In this document: one piece after another, positions 10,560 through 21,234 of the stretch | Layout: each line of letters starts with the position of its first letter | Position numbering within the stretch: position 1 is the first letter of the stretch | The notes under the pieces: generated by a model | Databases searched by the model: none | Seen by the model: the letters and a program-made list of their open reading frames with translations, nothing else | Told to the model about the DNA's origin: nothing | Translations under genes and position numbers: made by a program | DNA from: Scyliorhinus canicula | Taxonomy: Eukaryota | Assembly: GCF_902713615.1 (NCBI RefSeq) | Contig: NC_052163.1 | Coordinates: 37,210,248 to 37,274,247 of the forward strand | Direction of reading: 5' to 3' | DNA: 64,000 bases

Positions 10560-13500
10560 TGTGGTGGTATGATTAACATAGCTGCCTGCCATTGGTGCAG
10601 AACACCGGCTTACCATTGGCCCTGGTCGTTCATGTGGCTCTCGACCGATTGGTTGAGACCAGTCATGTGACGGCTCCCCGATTGGTCGAGAGGCAGAGTT
10701 AACCCTGCCTCCAGGGCGAGGTATAATACCCAGCACGCCCGGCGGTCGGCCATTTACTGTAGTCGACCGCAGGGCTAACATCTAGCTTATTAAAGCCTAC
10801 TTTTGTACAGCAACTCGTCTCGCATTCAATTGATGGTTCATCAATTTAATAAGCTAGAATTTTGAAGATGGAGCTCCGGATCAAGCCCAAATGCCTCCGC
10901 ATCAGCCCGCAATCTCAGAACACTTCAGAAATCTTTAAACATTGGCTGGCATGTTTCGATGGTTACCTGGCGTCCGCAAGCAGCCCCCCCACCATGGCAC
11001 AGAAGCTTTATATCCTCCACTCCAGCGTGGGCATGGCGGCCTACGCGATGATTGCGGAGGAAAAAGATTACGACGCGGCCATGGATAAGCTGAAAGGACA
11101 GTTTCTTAAACCGGTAAACAGAGTATTCGCCCAACATCTGCTGGCCACCAGACAACAGCTCCCCGGTGAGTCATTAGATGATTTTTACCAGGCCCTCGTT
11201 GTCCTGGGGAGGAATTGCTCCTGCCTCCAAGTTTCAGCCACTGAGCACATGGAACTTCTGATTAGAGATGCTTACGTGGCTGGGATGCAGTCTGCCGCTA
11301 TCCGCCAGCGGATGCTGGAGAAAGACGACCTCAGCCTAACTGAGGCACGGACTCTCTCCACCTCCCTGGAGGTCGCCAATTTAAACGCCCGCGCCTATGT
11401 CCCCAACCGCGCTGCAGCACCCTGGGCCTCCTGGCACGCTTCCCCACCACCATCCGCCGCTCCTGACCCCCCTCAGGCCTACGCTGCGGGACACCCCGAC
11501 AAGGCCGCGGGGCCCCGCTGCTATTTCTGTGGGTTCGCTAAACACCCTCGCCCGCGCTGCCCAGCCCGCTCCGCCCTCTGTAAGAGCTGCGGGAAGAAGG
11601 GCCACTTTTCGACGGTCTGCCAGGCCAAATCGGTCGCTGCTGTACCGCGCAGCGACCGGGGATCCCCCCTTGCGGGCCCTTCCAGCACACCGCGCCAATC
11701 TCCCCCCGGGCCCCTGCGCCCGGCCTGTGTGCCTCCCCCTCTCCTCCGGGCCTTTCCAGCGCACCGCGCAAATCTCTCCCCCCATGCCCCTGCGCCCGGC
11801 CTGCGCGCCTCTCTGCCCCCGCTCTCAGCCGCTACGTTCGGCCCGCCGGCACCGCTAACCCCGCCCCCAGCAACCATGAGGGCCCTGCGGGCGCCACCAT
11901 CTTGGGCCCCGGATGCCATGTGCGGGTCCTGGGTGCCGCCATCTTGGGGCGCCGACTCCACGTGCGGGTCCGGGGCGCCGCCATCTTGGGGCCCCGACTC
12001 CACGTGCGGATCCTGGGCACCACCATCCTGGACTGGCACGCAAGGTTCTGCCAGCACCTACTCAGTCGACGACGACTACGACGATGGTTCTTCTCCACGG
12101 CTCGCGGCCATTCAACTCGACCAGTCATGTCCACGCACGCTCGTCAAAACAACGACGCTGATCCACCTCAACGGCCACGAGACGGGCTGCCTGCTGGACT
12201 CCGGGAGCACGGAAAGCTTCGTTCACCCTGCCACGGTAAGACGCTGCGCGCTCCCTGTCCATCCTGTAAAACACAAAATCGGGTTAGCCTCAGGTTCGCA
12301 CTCCGTCCGCATCACCGGCTGCTGCATCGCGGACCTCACGGTCCAAGGGAAGGTTTTTAAAAATTACAAACTCCTTGTCCTCCCTGATCTTTGCGCACCG
12401 GCACTCCTAGGACTGGACTTCCAGTGCAACCTGCAGAGCTTGACCTTCCAATTCAGCGGCCCTATACCCCCCTCACTGTCTGCAGCCTCGCGTCCCTCAA
12501 AGTGGACCCCCCCTCCTTGTTTGCTAATCTCACCCCCGATTGAAAACCCGTCGCGACACGGAGCAGACGCTACAGCGCTTAGGACCGGATTTTCATCAGG
12601 TCCGAGGTCCAGAGGTTGCTGAAGGAAGGGGTCATCGAGGCCAGCAACAGTCCCTGGCGATCCCAAGTGCTGGTGCTCCGGACTGGGGAGTAAAACTGGA
12701 TGGTCATCGACTATAGCCAGACCATCAACCAGTTTACGCAACTGGACGCGTATCCTCTCCCCCGTATTTCCGCCATGGTAAACGATATCGCGAAATACAA
12801 AGTCTTCTCCACTGTGGACCTCAAGTCTGCCTATCACCAGTTCCCCATCCGCGCGAGTGACCGCAAGTACACCGCGTTCGAGGCTGATGGGCGCCTCTAC
12901 CACTTCCTTAGGGTTCCATTCGGTGTCACAAATGGGGTCTCGGTCTTCCAACGGGAGATGGACCGAATGGTCGACAAGTACGGATTACGGGCTACCTTCC
13001 CGTACCTCGATAATGTCACCATCTGCGGCCATGACCAGGAGGATCATGACACCAACCTCCGGAAATTTCTCCAAACCGCAAAACTCCTTAACCTGACTTA
13101 CAATAAGGATAAGTGCGTGTTTAGCTCCGACCGTCTAGCCATCCTCAGCTACGTAGATAGGCCCCGACCCTGAACGCATGCGCCCCCTGATGGAACTCCC
13201 TCTCCCCAATTCCCTCAAACGCTGCCTGGGTTTCTTCGCTTACTACGCCCAATGGGTTCCCAATTACGCCGACAAGGCCCGTCCCCTCATTCAGACCACG
13301 GCCTTCCTGCCATCGACAGAGACCTGCCAGGCCTTTAGCCGTATCAAAGCGGGCATCGCAAAGGCCACGATGCGCGCCATCGACGAGTCCCTCCCCTTCC
13401 AGGTCAAGCGCGACGCATCAGAATTAGCTCTGGCTGCCACCCTGAACCAAGCGGGCAGACCCATGGCCTTCTTCTCCAGAACCCTCCAGGCTTCCGAACT

Positions 13501-15220
13501 CCGCCACTCCTCAGTGGAAAAGGAAGCCCAGGCCATAGTCGAAGCTGTGCAACATTGGAGGCACTATTTGGCCGGCAGGAAGTTTACCCTCCTCACAGAC
13601 CAACGGTCAGTGGCCTTTATGTTTGATAATGCACAAAGGGGCAAGATTAAGAATGACAAGATCTTACGGTGACGGATCGAGTTGTCCATGTACAACTATG
13701 AGATCTTGTATCGTCCTGAGAAGCTCAATGAGCCTCCTGATGCCCTGTTCCGCGGTACCTGCGCCAGCGTGCAGATAGACCGCCTCCGCTCCCTCCACGC
13801 GGACCTCTGCCATCCAGGGGTGACCCGTTTCTACCATTTCATAAAGGCCCGCAACCTGCCTTTCTCCATCGAGGAAGTCAGGACAGTAACCTGTGACTGT
13901 CACATCTGCGCAGAGTGCAAATCGCACTTCTACCGCACTGAGCGCGCACATCTGATCAAAGCATCCCGCCCCTTCGAACGGCTCAGCATTGACTTCAAGG
14001 GGCCCCTTCCCTCTAGCAACCGCAACATTTACTTCCTGGTGGTAATTGACGAATACTCCCGCTTCCCCTTCGCCATTCCCTGCCCCGACATGACCACATC
14101 GACCGTCATTAAGGCCCTCCTCTCCACCTTCTCCCTGTTCGGCTACCCCGCATGCATACATAGCGATCGGGGGTCCTCATTTATGAGTGACGAGCTGCGT
14201 CAATTCCTGCTCAACAGGGGCATTGCCTCTAGCAGGACGACCAGCTATAACCCTCGGGGTAACGGACAGGTTGAGTGGGAGAATGGTACTATCTGGAAGA
14301 CCATACTACTGGCCCTTCGGTCCAGAGATCTCCCTATTTCCCGACGGCAAGAGGTTATCCCTGATGCCCTACATTCTATCCGCTCACTCCTCTGTACCAC
14401 AACAAATCAGACACCTCATGAACGTCTTCTTGTTTTCCCCAGGAAGTCGTCCTCCGGATCCCCTCTCCCGACGTGGCTGGTCACCCCCGGACCCATCTTG
14501 CTCCGGAAGCATGTGCGGGTGCACAAGTCCGACCCGTTGGTGGAACAGGTCCAGTAACTCCACGCTAACCCGCAGTGTGCGTATGTGGAGGACACGGTCT
14601 CCCTCCGGGACCTGGCACACGCCGGTGTGCGGCCTTCCCCCCCCTTCACCACAGACCTCCCCCTGTTTTTTTCCCCCAGCGCCCCACCCAGGCCACCCCT
14701 TCCCCATCCAGCCCAAGTGACGGAGACAGTTCAAGTTCAAGGACCATCGCTCCCGGACTCCAGGACATCAGCGGAACCACGACCATCGGCTGAACCAGCG
14801 TCACCAACTCCACTGCGGCGGTCTGCCCGGACGTCACGGGCAACGAAAAGGCTGGTCGAGTCTATTTAATTTTCAACAACAACATGGACTTTGTATGGAC
14901 AATATGTACTATTGTTAAATGTCTGGGCCAGTGGGAAGCCAAACCCTTTTTTTTTCCCTTCTCTGGCTACTACTCATACCACCAGTTCTCCCTCAGCTCT
15001 CGTAGATACCCCCCCCCCCCAGCTTATTTCTCCGCAAGGGGTGAATGTGGTGGTATGATTAACATAGCTGCCTGCTATTGGTGCAGAACACCGGCTTACC
15101 ATTGGCCCTGGTCGGTCATGTGCCTCTCGACCGATTGGTTGAGACCAGACTTGTGACAGCTCCCCGATTGGTCGAGAGGCTGAGTTAACCCTGCCTCCAG
15201 GGCGAGGCATAAATACCCAG
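10560..15220 (+). mobile_element. Gypsy LTR retrotransposon A (decayed; 3' LTR truncated)
   Basis: 5' LTR 10560-10843 (TG..CA); 3' LTR 15046-15220 near-identical over the shared part; PPT aaggggtgaa; gag-PR-RT-RH-IN order. Confidence 0.95.
10868..14557 (+). pseudogene. gag-pol of element A
   Basis: Tandem Zn knuckles CYFCGFAKHPRPRC/CKSCGKKGHFSTVC, protease LLDSGS, RT YLDN, RH SVEKEAQAI, IN DFKGP/VIDEYSRF/HSDRG; frameshifts near 12480 and 13160, stops at ~12690 and 13670. Confidence 0.92.
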
Positions 15221-15459
15221 CTGCTTTCTGTCAGATCAAATAATTTCATCCTTCATGATGTCTCACATTTCTGCATGGAACCCCTGTGGAACAATATCTT
15301 CAAAAACCTTCCGATAGGATATTATTTTGATTTTCATCTTTTTGTGAAGCACTCAAAACGTCTTGTGTTGAAGGTACTTTGGTGGTACAAGATGTGGTGG
15401 CAAATGTGTAGAAAGACATTTAGGTTTAGAACATTATGTTGAATGTCAGAAACACTGAT

Positions 15460-15586
15460 ACAAACTAGAAAGGTCATCTTAATAACATGGCACGGAAAAA
15501 GGAAACCGCAGCTGACTCGGAAACACAAACTAGAAAGGTCATCTTAATAACAGGCACGGAGAAAGGAAACCACAACTGACTCCGAA
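15460..15586. repeat. ~65-bp tandem duplication
   Basis: acaaactagaaaggtcatcttaataaca...ggcacgga..aaggaaacc..a.ctgactc.gaa at 15460 and 15525. Confidence 0.85.
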
Positions 15587-16844
15587 CTAGTAACAGTTCA
15601 ATTGACACTGAAGCTGAGCCTTAAATATCCTCTCGGCAATAAAGGATTACCACAAAACAATTAGCCACTGTGGTTGCCTCGTAATGAGAAAAATAACAGA
15701 CATAAAAAGGGCAAACTTGTATCGATACACACACACACAGATAATTGTTACTCATAGAAATAAAGATTTTCCACAGTGATCGCTAACATTTTTGACTATT
15801 TATCATGACAGACAAAGTGGCGTTTTCCACTTGAATCGGAGATTGCAGCAGCCTAAACCGCTTCCAAACCTACCATGTTTTTGAGGTTGCTTTGCGCTCC
15901 GTTCACTGTGCGTAGCGTGAGGCATCAGGAATGTCACTGTACCAGTTTGTTCTACTGAAGGCCAGGAGGATACATGTTTGTCCATTCTAAAGGTGGGTGC
16001 TGTGCCTGAGCTGAGCTCTCTAGCAAAGGCAGTGTATGAAAAGTGCTTTCCCATACAATGGGTGAAAATCAGAGGCAAAAGTTACACTTACACTCTTGCT
16101 GGTGATTGGTCCTACAACAGCACAGATCCAAAAAAAGATTTTAGTTTCCATGATTGTTTTGAGGGGTATGTGGATTGACAGTGGAGCAAATCTTTTGAAG
16201 GTGAAGCATTTAGCAAAAGATGTACAATTTAAATCTCATAATAGGTAATGTTAAAAAATAAAACCTGCTGCACGTGAAGAGATAAAAGCATATACAAATG
16301 TTAGGATAAGTATATTGTTGCTGACACTAATGGCATATTCAAGACATTACATATGAGATTAAAAGAAAACACTATTTAAATTTTTAAAAAACACCCACTA
16401 AGGCATTGTGGTTCAGCATCATATTGAGATGTTGTCACTGTCCACATTTCCTGAACTTGTTTTTCAATACCGTTCTGTACAATGTTGTTTTTCTGTGCAA
16501 ACCTCTATCAAGGTGACCACGATTTTGGTTCATACTTCAATTTTATTCCTCATCTGGTATTAAGGACAACAGATTTTGTTAACGGGTTTAAAGTGTGCAA
16601 TTATTTGGTTGATCAGCTGGTCTGCAGTGGCATGGAGATGTGTCACAATATCATGCCCCTGCTGAGATGTAGCCTTTTTGATTAAATGGTGAAATCGAGT
16701 TAAGCATGACAGGCATTTGTGCACGGAATCAGCAATGTATAAAAGATCGTGAGATGCAATATAAGGAGGCATCGAGCTTAGTTTTTTAAAAAGCATTAGA
16801 TTGTCGACAGAGAAGAAAATGGGGCAGTCAAGTTGTAATTTTAT

Positions 16845-17030
16845 TTTAATATAAATTTAGAGTATCCAATTCATTTTTTCCAATAAGGGGCAACTTAGCG
16901 TGCCAATCCACCGACGCTGAAAATCTTTGTTGTGGGGATGAAACCCATGCAAACACTGGGAGAATGTGCAAACTCCGCACAGACAGGGATCAAAGCTGGG
17001 ATCTTGGCACCATCAGCCAGCAGTGCTAAT
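16845..17030 (-). mobile_element. tRNA-derived SINE
   Basis: aaatttagagtatccaattc...aaggggcaacttagcgtgccaatccacc...gggatcaaagctgggatc. Confidence 0.75.
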
Positions 17031-17494
17031 CAAGTTACAATTTTGATATTGTGTAAAGGAATGAGAAGACACAACAATAAATCTTATGTCAATATGAGGT
17101 TGAAGGGAATTTAACGAGGACGCTGGCTCTAGCAAATCGAGAGATTGAGTAAAATAGCAAGATCAAAGGAGCTGCAATGTAGGAGTAATAAGAGGAAGTC
17201 GACAAATTGGAGATGAGAACTATCAACACAATGCAGTTATAATTGAGAAACATTCTACTAGCATTAGATTGGAAATATTTTCAAAATTTAAACTTGTCCA
17301 ACTATTTCCATTTTAAATTGAGAACCGAGTAAGCTGCAAGAATTAGAGTTTCCATTACCTGAATCACAAAGAGACCCGACACCCTTGAATTTAATTCACG
17401 ATTGACGGGAACAGGAATCAATCCAATAACTTGAGATAAAAAATGTTCATTGAGTTCATTTCAGAAAACATGGGAGAGTCCTGAACGATTTTAT

Positions 17495-17690
17495 TTAAAT
17501 TACAGTACCCAATTCTTTTTTTTCCAATTTAGCATAGCCAATCCACCTTCCCTGCACATCTTTGGGTAGTGAGGGTGAGACCCACGCAGAGGATGGGGAG
17601 AATGTGCAAACTCCACACGGGGCCGGGATCGAACCCTGGTCCTCAGTGTCGTGAGGCAGCAGTGCTAACCAGTGCACCACCGTGCTGCCT
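17495..17690 (-). mobile_element. tRNA-derived SINE
   Basis: Reverse complement begins aggcagcacggtggtgcactggttagcactgctgcctcac; B box gggttcgatcccgg. Confidence 0.8.
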
Positions 17691-18034
17691 CTGAGTCCTG
17701 AACGATTTAATCTGAAAAGATTTTGGTGAGCCTCCTAATAGAAGTTGGACTAATGTCTTATTACCAGAATCATGAGCTTTAATTGGGAGGGCAAGTTGAA
17801 TGCGTATTGCTGAAATAATCACCACCAACAGAACAGGCACAAACATGCAACTAAAAACTGGCAGATGTATTGTGGGTAGTTTGCTTGTGTGATGTTTGAA
17901 ACAACAGATGTGCAGCAAGAACCATGTAAAAACACTGGATAAAAGCAAATTACTGCGAATGCTGGAATCTGAAACCAAAGAGAAAATGCTGGAAAATCTC
18001 AGCAGGTCTGGCAGCATCTGTGGGGAGATAGAAA

Positions 18035-18074
18035 AGCTTAATGTTTCAAGTCTGGATGACCCTTTGTCAAAGCT
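18035..18074 (-). ncRNA. Type I hammerhead ribozyme motif (U3-A8 variant, partly decayed)
   Basis: AGCU UUGACAA A GGGUC aucca GACUU GAAA CA UU A AGCU. Confidence 0.55.
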
Positions 18075-18323
18075 AGAAGACATAGAAAGTGGTAAATGTT
18101 TATGCTGTGGGGTGAGAGAATGAAAGATGAGTCACAGCCGCAGAAACCAAGGGAACCGAGTGCTGATAGCCACGAAAACCAAGGGGAAAGAGTGTGGTCC
18201 CCAGAGAGAACAAAAGGTGTGAAAGGCCAAACAGCAGAGAACTAACATCAGAGGGTAAACTGTGACAGATGTAGATGTGGGGGGAGAGGAAGGGGGAAAC
18301 AAAGGTAAGAAAAGGTGGGATAT

Positions 18324-18358
<35 letters not shown>

Positions 18359-18440
18359 AATGATAAAAGACAGTTAAAATGAAATGGGATGAAAACAAAG
18401 GGGTTGAAGTGGGATAGAGCTAGTCATCTGAAGTTGTTGA

Positions 18441-18621
18441 ACATAGAACATAGAACAGTACAGCACAGAACAGGCCCTTCGGCCCTCGATGTTGTGCCGA
18501 GCAATGATCACCCTACTTAAACCCACGTAACCCGTATACCCGTAACCCAACAATCCCCCCATTAACCTTACACTACGGGCAATTTAGCATGGCCAATCCA
18601 CCTAACCTGCACATCTTTGGA
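18441..18621 (-). mobile_element. Young tRNA-derived SINE, 5'-truncated
   Basis: Nearly identical to the 3' part of the copy at 43224-43558; (ctatgtt)n tail on its own strand. Confidence 0.85.
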
Positions 18622-19142
18622 ATTTGATGTTAAGACCGGAAGGCTGTAGCATGCCGAACGGGAAAATTAGATGTTGTTCCTCTAGTTGCATTGAGCTTCA
18701 CTGGAACATTGCAGCAGGTCAAGGACAGACATGGGGGCATGGGAGCAGGGTCTTGTGTTAAAAGACCCTGCTGTGGTGATCGTAGATCTGAGTAGATGCA
18801 ATACAACTGAGCAAGCATTAGAGGGAGCACGGGAGAGCTATATATACACAGGGACAGAAAGTGATGACACACTTCACGAAGGCAGAACTCCTAGCAGGAC
18901 ATAGGACAGACAGGCAGCATTTGAGGTAGCCATAAGTTAAGCTCTGAAGAGAGAACAAATTCACAATAAAGCATCTTCTCCAACTTTGAGACTACGAGCT
19001 TTATTAAGACATGAGGAACAACACATGGTACCAGGTTTGGCTTCAGACGCTTACTACAGGACAACCCAGCTGCAGACACAGAAAGAACAAAATGGCATGA
19101 AAATCTCCTACTGGACATTGGACTTGGGAAGACATCGCTGAC

Positions 19143-20027
19143 TTGAGGATGTGGCTTGGATACCCACCTCAGCTGGACACGACTGGCAATGTAAGAAATG
19201 TCTGGAAAATGTTTCAACAAATGTTGAATTTTTATATCATAGCTAATGATGTAGCAGCAGCCTCAGACGAAATTAAAATAGCAATGCTCATCACAGGACA
19301 TGAAGCTAGGAAAGTATATAATGGATTTAAATACTCAAAAGATGAAGACAGCAACAGCTTACAAACAATACTAAACAAATTTGAAGAGTACTGTAAGGAA
19401 TTTGAACAGTACGGTATGCTCAGAGGCCAAACTGCACAGAGACTGAGTGATGCAACACTTAAACAATCACTAAAAGAACAAGAAATAGCGAGTGAAAAGT
19501 ACAGATCAAAAAGAAGAAATAACTTGAATTTTTCACAAAGCCAAAACACTGAAATCCAGTCCAGATCGAAAGGAAAAGGTAACTTACAACTTTCAGAAAG
19601 AGAAAATGCTGAAATCCGCGATAAAATGGCGTCGGAGCACATTTTACAGTCTCGGGCAGACAAAGAACTACAAACTGCATCTGCGCATGCGCAGGAAACG
19701 GAAGCCGCGCATGTGCAGTTACAATCACCCGTTTGCGTTATGCGCAAGCCGCGCATGCGCAGTCTCAATGTTTTGGTTGCGGATCGTTATGCGCATGCAC
19801 AAGCCGCGCATGCGCTGTGGACACAAAACCGCACAGTGAAGGAAGGCCGATTTGCGCATGCACAATTGCTTCCTACGCATGACGTCATGACGTCTGAGCA
19901 TCCGGACCACGCCTACTTAAAAGGGAAATGCCCGGAAATTGAAAACAAAATACTTAAAGCTGTAAAACCAAAACAGCATCAGCGACACGGTCGCAAAGCT
20001 CAACATGAATCTACTCGTGGTAGATGA
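19143..20027 (+). CDS. Gag N-terminal fragment fused to an unrelated sequence (non-autonomous element ORF1)
   Basis: PPQLDTTGNVRNVWKMFQQ...YIIA...KIAMLITGHEARKVYNGF...ILNKFEEYC resembles the N-terminus of Gypsy (Mag-like) Gag; no zinc knuckle. Confidence 0.55.
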   Translation: MRMWLGYPPQLDTTGNVRNVWKMFQQMLNFYIIANDVAAASDEIKIAMLITGHEARKVYNGFKYSKDEDSNSLQTILNKFEEYCKEFEQYGMLRGQTAQRLSDATLKQSLKEQEIASEKYRSKRRNNLNFSQSQNTEIQSRSKGKGNLQLSERENAEIRDKMASEHILQSRADKELQTASAHAQETEAAHVQLQSPVCVMRKPRMRSLNVLVADRYAHAQAAHALWTQNRTVKEGRFAHAQLLPTHDVMTSEHPDHAYLKGKCPEIENKILKAVKPKQHQRHGRKAQHESTRGR

Positions 20028-21234
20028 ATTCAACACCATGGTGCCATGGCAGATCGTCGATACATTGGATGAAAGCAGTACCCAAGACGAAGACGACGCC
20101 ACACAGAGAGCACAGAAAGACTCCACAGAGAGAGCGATGACAGGCTCCACAGTGCGAGTGATGAAAGACTCCAAAAGGGAAGCAAGCAAACACTCCCTGG
20201 CGAACACCATGCATGAACAAGACCATGAAGGTCAACCTGCCGTATCTAAGCAACCGCAAGCAGACTATGAAAGTCTACCAAGCTCACATAAACAAGAAAA
20301 AGACAATGTACATCTACCCACTGCATGCGAAAACAGTGACAAGGTGATCACACTTGACGTACAGGATCACAGCGAGACTGACAGTTCTCAGCTTGTCTGT
20401 ACAGAAGCACAGAGTCGGGCCACCCAAGAATCCAGAGAGACCACGTCAAGTGAAATCATGCAGATTTTGACTCCAGAAGAGGAGCGCCAAGAGTCCAGAG
20501 AGACCACGTCAATTGTAATCATGAAGATTTTGACTCCGGAAGAGGAGCACCAAGACTCCAGATAGACCGCGTCAAATGAAATTATGAAGAATTTGACTCC
20601 AGAAGAGAAGCACCAAGAAAGCAAAGACGAGGAATCAAATCCACAACAAATGACTTTTGTCACCAGCATCAATGCAACATCAGATCATTCTCATCATTCT
20701 CGAGACGAAACGTTCAATGACTCAAATTATCCACACGGGACACTCATTGAGCATAACAAGAAAAGCAAAAGCCACAAGAGGCACTTCAGAAACAAGAACA
20801 ACAACAGCATCAACAAAAACTACAAGCACAACGACAAAAACTACAAGAACAACAAAACGAACAAGAAGCATAACAAAGATAGCGACAACAACAAAGACAG
20901 AAATGACAAAAACAGCAACAAGAACGGCAACGAAAACAAAGACAGGAACGACAGAAACAACAGCAATAAAACAACGACTTGTACAAAATGGTACAACTCT
21001 GCACATGAAGGACAATGCCACAGCACACTGCAAAACAATGACAAGACTACAAACATGCCATGGGATGACAACGAATTGCACAAACTCACATCTGCTCCAG
21101 AACAAGCAAGCATACCAGCTTTCAAGGCAGATGAAATACTAAATCGATACCACAAGCACAGAAAAAAGTCATGTCAATCAACATCAGTGGTTCGACCATG
21201 CAAACACCTTGGGATGGCGCATTGGTTACTTTAA
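20005..21234 (+). pseudogene. Low-complexity cargo ORF2 with one in-frame stop (20563-20565)
   Basis: ORFs 20005-20565 and 20584-21234 are in the same frame; 21-aa repeats and an N/K/D-rich tract. Confidence 0.45.
20424..20620 (+). repeat. 63-bp tandem repeat, 3 units plus a partial
   Basis: Units start at 20424, 20487, 20550, 20613 (QESRETTSSEIMQILTPEEER). Confidence 0.9.

Larger units (their letters stand above)
17941..18771 (-). mobile_element. Penelope-like element 3' end (GIY-YIG C-terminus, 3' UTR, terminal repeat); interrupted by a SINE and by the LTR element at 18772
   Basis: Minus strand encodes LLQCSSEAQCxLEEQHLIFxxGMLQPSGLNI..FNNFR*; terminal ...gaaacattaagcttttctatctccccacagatgctgccagacctgctgag... 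Confidence 0.82.

Noticed and set aside
10862-14557. Intact, autonomous retrotransposon or endogenous retrovirus
   Set aside because: All three Gypsy copies have stops/frameshifts, and no env-like ORF follows the integrase
15803-16178. Overlapping 91-aa and 66-aa ORFs
   Set aside because: No recognisable domain or convincing exon structure
20424-20620. Regularly spaced repeats resembling a CRISPR array
   Set aside because: Contiguous tandem units with no unique spacers; eukaryotic context; no cas genes
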